Sequence record: MH550421
Source: Enterobacteria phage T6
Reading direction: 5' to 3' (one strand)
Length of the DNA stretch: 64,000 nucleotides
The notes beneath the pieces are model-generated. The model did not search any database. It saw only the letters and a program-made list of their open reading frames with translations, and had not been told where the DNA came from. The translations under genes were made by a program, and so were the position numbers. Below, in pieces: positions 43,675 to 54,836 of this stretch (positions are counted from its first letter, which is position 1; every line of letters starts with the position of its first letter).

Positions 43675-44010
43675 TAGCAGAAAATCTAATGTATTAGTTT
43701 TTTCACAACGAACAACAGAAGGACGTAAAAGATTTTCGTCAATAGCTTCTGACTGAATTTTTTCAATTATACCCGAAGGAATAAATTTAGCAAATTGAGT
43801 TTCAGGAATAGAATTTTCTTCTAAGAATGCTGTTGTAGCTTCAAGATAACTCATTCCAAACTCTTCTACCATTTTTTCAATAATAAATCCATTTTCTTGA
43901 CGATCAAGAAGCTTTGCTATTTCATCCTTTTCTTTCTTGATTGAAAGTTCTTTTTCTGAAAGACCGGTCTCATCGACCGGACGAATGTCATTTAGAGAAA
44001 ACTGTGTCAT
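43672..44010 (-). CDS. 33: Late transcription co-activator gp33
   Basis: 112 aa from MTQFSLNDIRPVDE... (track ORF has a 3-codon extension). Confidence 0.85.
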   Translation of the reverse strand: MTQFSLNDIRPVDETGLSEKELSIKKEKDEIAKLLDRQENGFIIEKMVEEFGMSYLEATTAFLEENSIPETQFAKFIPSGIIEKIQSEAIDENLLRPSVVRCEKTNTLDFLL

Positions 44011-44257
44011 AAAGTTCAACTACCTCTTCAGTTTCAGCTTCAAACACATCACGGTTATCTTTATGATACAAAGCTAATAGACGATTAAACATCTTACCAT
44101 CAACGCCAAGTTCATCTTTAGCACGAATTCGAATATCTTTAATCAGTTCATTATAACCGGAAATTTTCAGTTTATGATCAGATGCTTCTTTAATAAATTT
44201 AGCCAAGTCTTCGCCATGGATAGCTTCATCAAATTCAACCATTTCTTTTTTAGCCAT
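43988..44257 (-). CDS. dsbA: Double-stranded DNA-binding protein DsbA
   Basis: 89-aa ORF MAKKEMVEFDEAIHGEDLAKF...; matches T4 DsbA in size and position. Confidence 0.8.
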   Translation of the reverse strand: MAKKEMVEFDEAIHGEDLAKFIKEASDHKLKISGYNELIKDIRIRAKDELGVDGKMFNRLLALYHKDNRDVFEAETEEVVELYDTVFSK

Positions 44258-44265
44258 TATTCACC

Positions 44266-45183
44266 TCAAAATTCATTAATGCTATTAGTTAATTTAGAAA
44301 GACCCGCTTTTACAAAATATGAATAAATTTTGCCACGCGGTGGTAATTTATATGAATTATAGTAATTCACAATGTTTGAAGCAATATTATCAGGAATATA
44401 ATCAAAATCAATTAGAACTAAATTTTCTTTATAACGATTATATTCAGATTCAGTGAGAAGCACCTTAGCTTGCTCACGGTCATTAGCAATAGCTTCAACG
44501 ATTGAAGTTTTCATTGAAGGAGTTCGTTCACCTTCAACTCTGGTAAACCAAAAGTCAGATCGTACTTTAACTGAAGCAACGTTATCCTTTTTGTCGCCTT
44601 TAAGGATTTTAGTCATACAGTCAATTTCAGCAGAACCGCTTTTAATTTTAACCCATTTCTTATGCATCGGAGACCATTGCTTAACATTTGGATATTTGTG
44701 AAGCTGTGTAAAGTCACCATCAGATGAAATGATCAAAATCTTATGTCCTTCTAAAGAGAACTTTTTAACAAGAACAGCAATATGGTCATCTGCTTCATAC
44801 TTATCAATATCCATAACAATATATGGCATATAAGCTTTCAATTCATCTATAACTTTATGGCTGGATTCAAAATAACCTTCCCAGTCCCAAGTAGATTCTT
44901 CTCGTGCTTTTCCACGGTTTTTCTTGTAATAATAAGCGAAATCACGACGCCAGTATCCAGATTTCGCGTTATCAATACACAGTACAATTTTAGTGTATCC
45001 AAGCGTTTTTGCTTTTTTGACATTAAACTTAATTGAGTTCAATATCAAATGACGAACCATCGATAAATTAATTTTTTCTTTATCTGGGAAGTTTACCAGA
45101 GCAGTTGAAAGAGCAATTTGACTAAAGTCAATAAAGCAAATTCCTTCTTTGTAATCTTCATCCAGCATCATTTCTAAATCCAT
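44266..45183 (-). CDS. rnh: RNase H (5'-3' exonuclease, FEN family)
   Basis: 305 aa from MDLEMMLDEDYKEG...; acidic active-site residues of the flap-endonuclease fold. Confidence 0.85.
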   Translation of the reverse strand: MDLEMMLDEDYKEGICFIDFSQIALSTALVNFPDKEKINLSMVRHLILNSIKFNVKKAKTLGYTKIVLCIDNAKSGYWRRDFAYYYKKNRGKAREESTWDWEGYFESSHKVIDELKAYMPYIVMDIDKYEADDHIAVLVKKFSLEGHKILIISSDGDFTQLHKYPNVKQWSPMHKKWVKIKSGSAEIDCMTKILKGDKKDNVASVKVRSDFWFTRVEGERTPSMKTSIVEAIANDREQAKVLLTESEYNRYKENLVLIDFDYIPDNIASNIVNYYNSYKLPPRGKIYSYFVKAGLSKLTNSINEF

Positions 45184-45245
45184 ATGAACCTCGTTCAATT
45201 AGTGAGATTTCTATTATATACTATCTAAATCTTAAAGTAAACAGG

Positions 45246-45253
45246 TATAAATA
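45246..45253 (+). promoter_or_regulatory. Late promoter (TATAAATA) for gene 34
   Basis: Exact TATAAATA 35 nt upstream of the gene 34 ATG. Confidence 0.55.
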
Positions 45254-45287
45254 CTTATTATTGAAAACACAATAGGAGCCCGGGAGA

Positions 45288-48200
45288 ATGGCCGAGATTA
45301 AAAGAAAGTTCAGAGCAGAAGATGGTCTGGACGCAGGTGGCGATAAAATAATCAACGTAGCTTTAGCTGATCGTACCGTAGGAACTGACGGTGTTAACGT
45401 TGATTACTTAATTCAAGAAAACACAGTTCAGCAATATGATCCAACTCGTGGATATTTAAAAGATTTTGTAATCATTTATAATAATCGTTTTTGGGCAGCA
45501 ACGGATAATATTCCAAAACCTGCTGGAAATTTTAATAGAATTCGTTGGAAAGCATTACGTACTGATGCCGTATATACAACCGTATCATCTGGACCATATC
45601 AATTAAAATCCGGAGAAGCAATTTCAGTAGATACATCAGTTGGCAATGACATTGAGTTTACTTTACCACCTTCTCCGCTTGATGGAGAAACCGTAATAAT
45701 TCAAGATATCGGTGGAAAACCTGGCATAAATCAGGTTAAAATAAATTCTTCAAATCAGAGTATTGTCAATTTTAGAGGTGAACAGGTACGTTCAGTTTTA
45801 ATGACTCATCCAAAGTCACAGATGGTATTCATTTTTAATAATCGTTTGTGGCAAATGTATATTGCTGATTATAGCAGAGAAGCTGCGATTGTTACTCCAT
45901 CGACTGCATATCAAGCACAATCTAATGATTTTATCGTACGTAGATTTACTTCTGCCGAACCGATTAATGTTAAACTTCCAAGATTTGCCAATCATGGAGA
46001 TATCATTAATTTCGTTGATTTAGATAAATTAAATCCACTTTATCATACAATTGTTACGACATATGATGAAACGACGTCAGTGCAAGAAGTTGGAACTCAT
46101 TCCATTGAAGGCCGTACATCGATTGACGGTTTCTTGATGTTTGATGATAATGAGAAATTGTGGAGATTGTTTGACGGGGATAGTAAAGCACGTTTACGCA
46201 TTATAACAACTAATTCTAATATTCGTCCAAATGAAGAAGTTATGGTATTTGGTGCGAATAACGGAACAACTCAGACAATTGAGCTTCAGCTTCCGACTGA
46301 TATTTCTGTTGGTGATACTGTTAAAATTTCCATGAATTACATGAGAAAAGGACAAACAGTTAAAATCAAAGCTGCCGGTGAAGATAAAATTGCTTCTTCA
46401 GTTCAATTGCTGCAATTCCCAAAACGTTCAGAATATCCGCCTGAAGCTGAATGGGTAACAGTTCAAGAATTAGTTTTTAACGGTGAAACTAATTATGTTC
46501 CAGTTTTACAACTTGCTTATATAGAAGATTCTGATGGAAAATACTGGGTTGTACAGCAAAACGTTCCAACTGTAGAAAGAGTAGACTCTTTAAATGCTTC
46601 TACTAGAGCAAGATTAGGCGTAATTGCTTTAGCTACGCAAGCTCAAGCAAATGCTGATTTAGAAAATTCTCCACAAAAAGAATTGGCAATTACTCCAGAA
46701 ACGTTAGCTAATCGTACTGCTACAGAAACTCGCAGAGGTATTGCAAGAATAGCAACTACTGCTCAAGTGAATCAGAACACCACATTCTCTTTTGCAGATG
46801 ACCTTATCATCACTCCTAAAAAGCTGAATGAAAGAACTGCTACAGAAACTCGCAGAGGCGTTGCTGAAATTGCTACGCAGCAGGAAACTAATACAGGTAC
46901 TGATGATACTACAATCATCACTCCTAAAAAGCTTCAAGCCCGTCAAGGTTCTGAATCATTATCTGGTATTGTAACTTTTGTATCTACCGCAGGTGCTACT
47001 CCAGCTTCTAGTCGTGAATTAAATGGTACGAATGTTTATAATAAAAACACTAATAATTTAGTTGTTTCACCTAAAGCTTTGGATCAGTATAAAGCTACTC
47101 CAACGCAACAAGGCGCAGTAATTTTAGCAGTTGAAAGTGAAGTAATTGCTGGACAAAGCCAAGAAGGATGGGCAAATGCGGTTGTAACGCCAGAAACGTT
47201 ACATAAAAAGACATCAACTGATGGAAGAATTGGTTTAATTGAAATTGCTACGCAAAGTGAAGTTAATACAGGAACTGACTATACTCGTGCAGTCACTCCT
47301 AAAACTTTAAATGACCGTAGAGCAACTGAAAGTTTAAGTGGTATAGCTGAAATTGCTACGCAAGTTGAATTCGACGCAGGCGTCGACGATACTCGTATCT
47401 CTACACCATTAAAAATTAAAACCAGATTTAATAGTACTGATCGTACTTCTGTTGTTGCTCTATCTGGATTAGTTGAATCAGGAACTCTCTGGGACCATTA
47501 TACCCTTAATATTCTTGAAGCAAATGAGACACAGCGTGGTACACTTCGTGTAGCTACACAAGTTGAAGCTGCTGCAGGAACATTAGATAATGTTTTAATA
47601 ACTCCTAAAAAGCTTTTAGGTACTAAATCTACTGAAGCGCAAGAAGGTGTTATTAAAGTTGCAACTCAGTCTGAAACTGTGACTGGAACGTCAGCAAATA
47701 CTGCTGTATCTCCAAAAAATTTAAAATGGATTGTGCAGAGTGAACCTACTTGGGCAGCAACTACTGCGATAAGGGGCTTTGTTAAAACTTCTTCTGGTTC
47801 ATTAACGTTTGTTGGTAATGATACGGTAGGTTCAACACAGCCATTAGAATCATATGAGAAAAATGGTTATGCAGTATCACCATATGAATTAAATCGCGTA
47901 TTAGCAAATTACTTGCCATTAAAAGCAAAAGCTGTAGATAGTAATTTATTAGATGGTCTAGATTCGCTCCAGTTCATTCGTAGGGACATTGCACAAACAG
48001 TTAATGGTTCACTAACCTTAACCCAACAAACGAATCTGAGTGCCCCTCTTGTATCATCTAGTACAGCTACATTCGGTGGATCAGTTTCAGCAAATAGTAC
48101 ATTAACTATTTCTAATACTGGAACGGCAACTCAATTGATTTTTGAGAAAGGACCTCAAACTGGAACAAACCCGGCTCAAACGATAACTGTCAGAGTGTGG

Positions 48201-49157
48201 GGAAATCAATTTAGTGGGGAATCAGACACAACACGTTCTACCGTATTTGAAGTTAGTGATGAAACGTCTAGTCATTTTTATTCTCAGCGTAATAAAGCTG
48301 GAAATATAACATTTAATATCAACGGTACAGTAACACCGATAAATGTTAATGCTTCAGGAACATTGAATGCAAATGGTGTAGCAACATTTGGTAATTCAGT
48401 CACTGCAACTGGTGAAATTATTTCTCGAAGCGCAAATGCTTTCCGTGCTATTAACGGAAATTATGGTTTCATTGTTCGCAATGATGGATCAGTAACGAAT
48501 TTTATGCTTACTGCATCGGGTGATCAAACTGGCGGATTTAATGGATTACGTCCTTTAGCTATTAATAATGCATCTGGTCAAGTAACAATTGGCGAAAGCT
48601 TAATCATTGCCAAAGGTGCTACTATAAATTCAGGTGGTTTGACTGTTAACTCGAGAATTCGTTCTCAAGGTACTAAAACTTCTGATTTATACACTCGCGC
48701 ACCAACATCTGATACAGTAGGATTCTGGTCAATTGATATTAACGATTCAGCCACTTATAATCAATTCCCTGGTTATTTTAAAATGGTTGAAAAAACTAAT
48801 GAAGTGACTGGACTTCCATATTTAGAACGTGGTGAAGAAGTTAAATCTCCTGGTACGCTGACTCAGTTTGGTAACACACTTGATTCGCTTTACCAAGATT
48901 GGATTACTTATCCAACAACTCCAGAAGCGCGTACCACTCGCTGGACGCGTACATGGCAGAAAACTAAAAATTCTTGGTCAAGTTTTGTTCAGGTATTTGA
49001 TGGAGGTAACCCTCCTCAACCTTCGGATATAGGAGCAATCCCATCTGATAATGGAATAATAGGTAATCTTACTATTCGTGATTTCTTGCGAATTGGTAAT
49101 GTTCGCATTATTCCTGACCCAGTGAATAAAACTGTTAAATTTGAATGGGTTGAATAA
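45288..49157 (+). CDS. 34: Long tail fibre proximal subunit gp34
   Basis: 1289-aa ORF with tandem phage-tail-fibre repeat units (ITPKKL ... ATETRRG ... IATQ); matches T4 gp34 in size. Confidence 0.9.
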   Translation: MAEIKRKFRAEDGLDAGGDKIINVALADRTVGTDGVNVDYLIQENTVQQYDPTRGYLKDFVIIYNNRFWAATDNIPKPAGNFNRIRWKALRTDAVYTTVSSGPYQLKSGEAISVDTSVGNDIEFTLPPSPLDGETVIIQDIGGKPGINQVKINSSNQSIVNFRGEQVRSVLMTHPKSQMVFIFNNRLWQMYIADYSREAAIVTPSTAYQAQSNDFIVRRFTSAEPINVKLPRFANHGDIINFVDLDKLNPLYHTIVTTYDETTSVQEVGTHSIEGRTSIDGFLMFDDNEKLWRLFDGDSKARLRIITTNSNIRPNEEVMVFGANNGTTQTIELQLPTDISVGDTVKISMNYMRKGQTVKIKAAGEDKIASSVQLLQFPKRSEYPPEAEWVTVQELVFNGETNYVPVLQLAYIEDSDGKYWVVQQNVPTVERVDSLNASTRARLGVIALATQAQANADLENSPQKELAITPETLANRTATETRRGIARIATTAQVNQNTTFSFADDLIITPKKLNERTATETRRGVAEIATQQETNTGTDDTTIITPKKLQARQGSESLSGIVTFVSTAGATPASSRELNGTNVYNKNTNNLVVSPKALDQYKATPTQQGAVILAVESEVIAGQSQEGWANAVVTPETLHKKTSTDGRIGLIEIATQSEVNTGTDYTRAVTPKTLNDRRATESLSGIAEIATQVEFDAGVDDTRISTPLKIKTRFNSTDRTSVVALSGLVESGTLWDHYTLNILEANETQRGTLRVATQVEAAAGTLDNVLITPKKLLGTKSTEAQEGVIKVATQSETVTGTSANTAVSPKNLKWIVQSEPTWAATTAIRGFVKTSSGSLTFVGNDTVGSTQPLESYEKNGYAVSPYELNRVLANYLPLKAKAVDSNLLDGLDSLQFIRRDIAQTVNGSLTLTQQTNLSAPLVSSSTATFGGSVSANSTLTISNTGTATQLIFEKGPQTGTNPAQTITVRVWGNQFSGESDTTRSTVFEVSDETSSHFYSQRNKAGNITFNINGTVTPINVNASGTLNANGVATFGNSVTATGEIISRSANAFRAINGNYGFIVRNDGSVTNFMLTASGDQTGGFNGLRPLAINNASGQVTIGESLIIAKGATINSGGLTVNSRIRSQGTKTSDLYTRAPTSDTVGFWSIDINDSATYNQFPGYFKMVEKTNEVTGLPYLERGEEVKSPGTLTQFGNTLDSLYQDWITYPTTPEARTTRWTRTWQKTKNSWSSFVQVFDGGNPPQPSDIGAIPSDNGIIGNLTIRDFLRIGNVRIIPDPVNKTVKFEWVE

Positions 49158-49165
49158 GAGGTATT

Positions 49166-50281
49166 ATGGAAAAATTTATGGCAGAGTTTGGACAAGGATA
49201 TGTCCAAACGCCATTTTTATCGGAAAGCAATTCAGTAAGATATAAAATAAGTATAGCGGGTTCTTGCCCGCTTTCTACAGCAGGTCCATATGTTAAATTT
49301 CAGGATAATCCCGTCGGAAGTCAAACATTTAGTGCAGGTCTTCATTTAAGAGTTTTTGATCCTTCTACGGGAGCATTAGTTGATAGTAAGTCATATGCTT
49401 TTTCTGCTTCAAACAATACAACATCTGCCGCTTTTGTCAGTTTCATGAATTCTTTGTCAAACAATAGACTTGTTGCTATATTAACTAATGGAAAGGTTAA
49501 TTTTCCTCCTGAAGTGGTATCTTGGCTAAGGAAAGCAGGAACTTCAGTTTTTCCATCAGATTCAGTATTGTCAAGATTTGATGTATCATATGCTGCTTTT
49601 TACACTTCTTCTAAAAGAGCTATCGCATTAGAGCATGTTAAACTAAGTAATAGAAAAAGCACAGATGACTATCAAACTATGTTAGATGTTGTATTTGATA
49701 GTTTAGAAGACGTCGGAGCTACAGGATTTCCTAAAAGAACATACGAAAGCGTTGAGCAATTTATGTCGGCAGTCGGTGGAACTAATAACGAAATTGCGCG
49801 ATTGCCAACTTCAGCTGCTATAAGTAAACTTTCTGACTACAATTTAATTCCTGGTGATGTTCTTTATCTTAAAGCACAACTATATGCTGATGCTGATTTA
49901 CTTGATCTTGGAACTACAAATATATCTATTCGTTTTTATGATGCATCAAATGGATATATTTCCTCGACCCAAGCTGAGTTTACTGGGCAAGCTGGGTCTT
50001 GGGAATTAAAAGAAGATTATGTAGTTGTTCCTGAAAATGCAGTAGGATTTACGATATATGCACAAAGAACTGCTCAAGCAGGTCAAGGCGGCATGAGAAA
50101 TTTAAGTTTTTCTGAAGTATCAAGAAATGGCGGAATTTCGAAACCTGCTGAATTTGGTGTCAATGGTATTCGTGTTAATTATATCGGTGAATCCTCTTCA
50201 CCTCCAGATATAATGGTACTTCCTACACAGGCATCGTCTAAAACTGGTAAAGTGTTTGGACAGGAATTTAGAGAAGTTTAA
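49166..50281 (+). CDS. 35: Long tail fibre hinge protein gp35
   Basis: 371-aa ORF directly after gene 34. Confidence 0.85.
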   Translation: MEKFMAEFGQGYVQTPFLSESNSVRYKISIAGSCPLSTAGPYVKFQDNPVGSQTFSAGLHLRVFDPSTGALVDSKSYAFSASNNTTSAAFVSFMNSLSNNRLVAILTNGKVNFPPEVVSWLRKAGTSVFPSDSVLSRFDVSYAAFYTSSKRAIALEHVKLSNRKSTDDYQTMLDVVFDSLEDVGATGFPKRTYESVEQFMSAVGGTNNEIARLPTSAAISKLSDYNLIPGDVLYLKAQLYADADLLDLGTTNISIRFYDASNGYISSTQAEFTGQAGSWELKEDYVVVPENAVGFTIYAQRTAQAGQGGMRNLSFSEVSRNGGISKPAEFGVNGIRVNYIGESSSPPDIMVLPTQASSKTGKVFGQEFREV

Positions 50282-50287
50282 ACTGAG

Positions 50288-50310
50288 GGAGCCTTCGGGT
50301 TCCTTTTTTT
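50288..50310 (+). terminator. Terminator hairpin after gene 35
   Basis: GGGAGCC-TTCG-GGTTCC (one G-U pair) followed by TTTTTTT. Confidence 0.5.
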
Positions 50311-50313
50311 CTT

Positions 50314-50321
50314 TATAAATA
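50314..50321 (+). promoter_or_regulatory. Late promoter (TATAAATA) for genes 36-37-38
   Basis: Exact TATAAATA 23 nt upstream of the gene 36 ATG. Confidence 0.55.
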
Positions 50322-50344
50322 ATATTAAAATAAAGGGGCATACA

Positions 50345-50995
50345 ATGGCTGATTTAAAAGTAGGTTCAACTGTAGGTGGATCTGTCATTTGGCATCAAGG
50401 AAATTTTCCGTTGAATTCAGCCGGTGACGATGTACTCTACAAATCATTTAAAATATATTCAGAATATAATAAACCACAGGCAGCTGATAATGATTTCGTT
50501 TCTAAATCTACTGGTGGTACTTACACAGGCCCAGTTACTATTAATTATGGTGTAAATAGTTATCTTCAATTAAGTAATAATGAAACCCCCATCCGAATTC
50601 GTTCTGGTGGCGGCACTGGTAATACTCTTGTAGTTGGTGGCTCTTCTGGCGGTATTAGTTTTAGACCAGCAGGTAGTGAAATCACTACTGGACAAATTAC
50701 TATTACGCCAGAAGGTTTGACAACATTTACCAAAGCTGTAACGGCTCCATCTGTAACTGTTACATCTACTCCTTCCGCAGCATCTGATGTTACTCGTAAA
50801 GATTATGTTGATGGAGCAATAAATACTGTTACAGCAAATGCAAACTCTAGGGTATTACGCTCTGGAGACACTATGACAGGAAATTTAACTGCGCCAAACC
50901 TTTTTTCACAGAATCCTGCATCTCAACCTTCACACGTTCCACGATTTGACCAAATCGTAATTAAGGATTCTGTTCAAGATTTCGGCTATTATTAA
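50345..50995 (+). CDS. 36: Long tail fibre distal connector gp36
   Basis: 216-aa [24 protein letters not shown]... ending ...QDFGYY; termini as in T4 gp36, central part differs. Confidence 0.85.
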   Translation: MADLKVGSTVGGSVIWHQGNFPLNSAGDDVLYKSFKIYSEYNKPQAADNDFVSKSTGGTYTGPVTINYGVNSYLQLSNNETPIRIRSGGGTGNTLVVGGSSGGISFRPAGSEITTGQITITPEGLTTFTKAVTAPSVTVTSTPSAASDVTRKDYVDGAINTVTANANSRVLRSGDTMTGNLTAPNLFSQNPASQPSHVPRFDQIVIKDSVQDFGYY

Positions 50996-51003
50996 GAGGA
51001 CTT

Positions 51004-53988
51004 ATGGCTACTTTAAAACAAATACAATTTAAAAGAAGCAAAACCGCAGGTCAACGTCCTGCTGCTTCAGTATTAGCCGAAGGTGAATTGGCTATAAACT
51101 TAAAAGATAAAACAATTTTCACAAAAGATGACTCAGGTAGTGTTATAGAATTAGGTTTAAAATATGGAGGAACAATTGATGGTTCTTTAACTGTTAATGG
51201 AAGCATAATTGGAAATTTAACAGGTAACGCTGCAACCGCAACGAAATTAAAAACAGCACGAAAGATTAATGGTATATCTTTTGATGGGTCAAAGGACATT
51301 ACCCTAACTCCATCTGACATAAATGTAAATAGTACAACATTTATAAAAAATAATGGTGAATTACCTACTGATGCTAATTTAGATACGTATGGGCCCATTG
51401 AAGAATATCTTGGTGTTTGGTCGAAATCTACTTCAACAAATGCGCAACCAGCAAATAAATTCCCAGAAGAAAATGCCGTAGGTGTACTAGAAGTATTTGT
51501 GGCCGGCCAATTTGCTGGCACTCAGCGTTATACTGTAAGATCTGGTAACGTCTATATTCGTTCCTTATCTGCTAAATGGAATGGTGTAGATGGTCCGTGG
51601 GGTGTGTGGCGTAATGTTCAAGCGTCAACTCGTCCACTTTCACAAACGATTGACCTTGATAGCTTGGGAGAATTAGAACATTGTGGCTTATGGCGAAACA
51701 GTTCAAGCGCAATCGCATCATTTGATCGCCATTATCCAGAAGAAGGATCATCCGCACAAGGATTTTTAGAAATATTTGAAGGTGGTTTATACACGAGAAC
51801 GCAGCGATATACTACCCGCATGGGTATGGTTTATACTCGTTGTCTCGCTGCTGCATGGGATGCTAGTGCACCTAAGTGGGAGGAATGGAAGCAGGTTGGT
51901 CATGGCACACCAGCGACTTTCTATGACGGAGATCTGAATGATTTTAAAACTCCTGGGTTATATAATATTTTAGGCACTGATGCCGTTATTAACTGTCCTA
52001 CCGGTGAAGGTTTGCCGACTGTTATTGTTGGTTTGCTGGAAGTTAAACAGCGTGCTTCTGGCGGTGCTATTTTCCAAAAATTTACTACTGCCGGAACGGG
52101 TGCAACTACTCGCGATCGTATTTTTGAGCGTGCATATACTGGTAGTGCGTGGGGGGCATGGAACGAAGTATATACATCTTATTCTCTGCCAATTACTTTG
52201 GGTATGGGTGGTATTAAAGCTCAATTAACGGAGTTAGATTGGCAAACCTTTGATTTTGTCCCTGGTAGTATGTTTAGCGTTCCTTTGAACAAAATAAAGA
52301 ACATGCCAGCAAATATGAATTGGGGTACGATTGACGGAAACTTGGTTATGTTTTCTGTCGGTCCTAGCGAACACACTAGCACAGGGCGTACTGTTCAGGT
52401 TTGGCGTGGTACTGTATCCCAGACAAACTACCGTTATTTTGTCGTTCGTGTGTTCGGTAATTCTGGAAATAGAACTTGCACAGTCCGCCGTGTTGTTCTT
52501 GAAGATGGTCGCCACACATGGACAGCTCAACAAGATTTTAATGGTGCTGTTAACTTCGGTGCTCCTACCAATTTTAACTCTACTGTTAACCTTAATAACA
52601 CTACCACATTTAAAACAGAAGTTAAATTCCGCTCGTTGAATGCATTCCGTATGTATGGCGGAAAATTTGGTACATTTTTACGTAATGATGGAGAGAGTCT
52701 TTATATTCTTTCCACCGACGAAGATGATCAAGATGGAAACTTTAATACAAATAGACCTTTCCGTTATGAATTAAGAACTGGTGATGTTACTTTAGGTGGT
52801 ACTAGTGGTGCTAACGTTTTAAAATTAAAACGCGATTCTCTCACCGCATTTTTTGGTGGTGATATTAATATAAAAGGCTTGATGACTTTTGATGCCGGAC
52901 GTTTAGGATCACGAGATTATTTTAAATTTAACCATTGGGGTGATAGTAATAATGCGCGCGATAACATTATTCAGTTAGAAGACAGCAAAGGCGTTCATTT
53001 TTCCACTGAACGCACTTTAGCGACAGGTGCAATTAAGACTAAATTTTTTGGTGAAGTTGAATCCGAAGGTAGATTGATTATTAAACGTCCGGGTGATTCT
53101 ATTGTATTATCAACAACTGCTAGTAATTCTTTGCATATTCGTGGTGACATAGACGGGACTGGTAACTGGTATATTGGTAAGGGTGGTGCTGATAATGGAT
53201 TAGCGTTCTATAGTTATGCTACTAATGCTGGTGTATACATTACAAACGCAGGAGATATCACGCTAAGTCCAAAAGGCGTCGAAATGGCTCATGTCAATAA
53301 CGTTCGATTATATGTTCATGGTGAACGTTGGACTGCTAGTCAACCAGGTGATTGGGGTAGTCAGTGGCAAGTAGAAGCTCCATTATTCGTTGATCATGGT
53401 TATGTTGGTCAAGATAGTTATTATCCTATTCTTAAAGCAAGAAGCGTTATAACCAATCAAGGATATAGCACCGCTGTTGACTTTGGTATGCGTCGTATTC
53501 CATCACAGTGGGGGCAAGCAATCATTCGCGTCGGATCCACGGAGGCTTCTCCTGATGCTGGACACCCACAAGCTATATTTGAATTCCATCATGATGGATT
53601 CTTTTATACACCAGGAAATGGTAGCTTTAGCGATGTGTATATTCGTTCTGACTCCCGTCTCAAGATTAATAAAGAAGAATTAGAATATGGAGCGGTCGAA
53701 AAAGTTTGCCGACTGAAAGTTTATATTTACGATAAAGTTAAGTCTATTAAAGACCGTAGTGTTATTAAACGTGAAGTTGGTATTATTGCTCAGGACCTTG
53801 AAAAGGAATTACCGGAAGCTGTATCTAAAGTTGAAGTTGATGGATCTGATGTTCTGACAATTTCTAACTCTGCTGTGAATGCTCTTTTAATTAAGGCTAT
53901 CCAAGAAATGAGCGAAGAAATTAAAGAATTAAAAACGCCTTTCTTCACTAAAATTGCTCGCAAAATTAGTAATTATTTTAAATTCTAA
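51004..53988 (+). CDS. 37: Long tail fibre distal subunit gp37 with C-terminal intramolecular chaperone domain
   Basis: 994-aa ORF; conserved N-terminus [16 protein letters not shown]; C-terminal 113 aa (53647..53985) carry the S74-type chaperone motifs SDSRLK ... [15 protein letters not shown] ... [13 protein letters not shown]. Confidence 0.85.
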   Translation: MATLKQIQFKRSKTAGQRPAASVLAEGELAINLKDKTIFTKDDSGSVIELGLKYGGTIDGSLTVNGSIIGNLTGNAATATKLKTARKINGISFDGSKDITLTPSDINVNSTTFIKNNGELPTDANLDTYGPIEEYLGVWSKSTSTNAQPANKFPEENAVGVLEVFVAGQFAGTQRYTVRSGNVYIRSLSAKWNGVDGPWGVWRNVQASTRPLSQTIDLDSLGELEHCGLWRNSSSAIASFDRHYPEEGSSAQGFLEIFEGGLYTRTQRYTTRMGMVYTRCLAAAWDASAPKWEEWKQVGHGTPATFYDGDLNDFKTPGLYNILGTDAVINCPTGEGLPTVIVGLLEVKQRASGGAIFQKFTTAGTGATTRDRIFERAYTGSAWGAWNEVYTSYSLPITLGMGGIKAQLTELDWQTFDFVPGSMFSVPLNKIKNMPANMNWGTIDGNLVMFSVGPSEHTSTGRTVQVWRGTVSQTNYRYFVVRVFGNSGNRTCTVRRVVLEDGRHTWTAQQDFNGAVNFGAPTNFNSTVNLNNTTTFKTEVKFRSLNAFRMYGGKFGTFLRNDGESLYILSTDEDDQDGNFNTNRPFRYELRTGDVTLGGTSGANVLKLKRDSLTAFFGGDINIKGLMTFDAGRLGSRDYFKFNHWGDSNNARDNIIQLEDSKGVHFSTERTLATGAIKTKFFGEVESEGRLIIKRPGDSIVLSTTASNSLHIRGDIDGTGNWYIGKGGADNGLAFYSYATNAGVYITNAGDITLSPKGVEMAHVNNVRLYVHGERWTASQPGDWGSQWQVEAPLFVDHGYVGQDSYYPILKARSVITNQGYSTAVDFGMRRIPSQWGQAIIRVGSTEASPDAGHPQAIFEFHHDGFFYTPGNGSFSDVYIRSDSRLKINKEELEYGAVEKVCRLKVYIYDKVKSIKDRSVIKREVGIIAQDLEKELPEAVSKVEVDGSDVLTISNSAVNALLIKAIQEMSEEIKELKTPFFTKIARKISNYFKF

Positions 53989-54008
53989 CAACAAGGGGCT
54001 TTGCCCCT

Positions 54009-54806
54009 TTGGAGAAAATTATGGCAGTAGTTGGTGTTCCCGGTTGGATTGGAAGTTCATCCGTAAATGAAACAGGACAACGATGGATGAGTCAAGCGGC
54101 TGGTCAATTAAGATTGGGTGTTCCTTGCTGGATGAGCCAATTCGCCGGACGCTCAAGAGAGATTATTCATACTGTAAGTGCTAATCATAATTTTAATGGT
54201 CAGTGGTTCCGTGATAGATGCTTTGAAGCTGGCGGTGCACCCATTGTATTCAATATTGTTGGTGATATCGTTTCTTATTCTAAAGATGTGCCACTTTTCT
54301 TTATGTATGGGGATACGCCTAATGAATATGTTGTTCTTAATATTCATGGTGGTGTTCATATGTGGGGTCGTGGTGGTAATGGCGGTAGCAATAGTCCTGG
54401 CTCAGCTGGGGGTCATTGTATTCAAAACGATATTGGTGGGAGACTAAGAATTAATAATGGCGGAGCTATTGCAGGCGGTGGCGGCGGTGGCGGCGGCGGA
54501 TATTATTCTCCTTTTCCACAAATGAGATTGACCTTTGGCGGCGGGGGCGGTCGTCCTTTTGGTGCGCCAGGCGGATCTATTAATATGCAATCAGGCGCGA
54601 CTGGTGGTACTATTTCTTCACCTGGCTCAGGATCCGTGAATGGTATCTATAATGGTGGAAACGGTGGTGAAGTAGGTTCCGCGGGAGGTAGATGCAATAT
54701 TCGCGGTCAAGGATCTGAATATGATGGCGGTGCTGCTGGTTATGCTGTCATAGGGTCCGCTCCAACATGGCAAAATGTTGGAGCAATATATGGTCCAAGA
54801 GTATAA
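54009..54806 (+). CDS. 38: Tail fibre adhesin gp38 (T2-type, glycine-rich motifs)
   Basis: 265-aa ORF with conserved N-terminal attachment domain and multiple Gly-rich motifs including a G9 tract (54474..54500). Confidence 0.8.
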   Translation: MEKIMAVVGVPGWIGSSSVNETGQRWMSQAAGQLRLGVPCWMSQFAGRSREIIHTVSANHNFNGQWFRDRCFEAGGAPIVFNIVGDIVSYSKDVPLFFMYGDTPNEYVVLNIHGGVHMWGRGGNGGSNSPGSAGGHCIQNDIGGRLRINNGGAIAGGGGGGGGGYYSPFPQMRLTFGGGGGRPFGAPGGSINMQSGATGGTISSPGSGSVNGIYNGGNGGEVGSAGGRCNIRGQGSEYDGGAAGYAVIGSAPTWQNVGAIYGPRV

Positions 54807-54836
54807 TGTGAATAAATACCCTTAAAAGGAGGGTCT

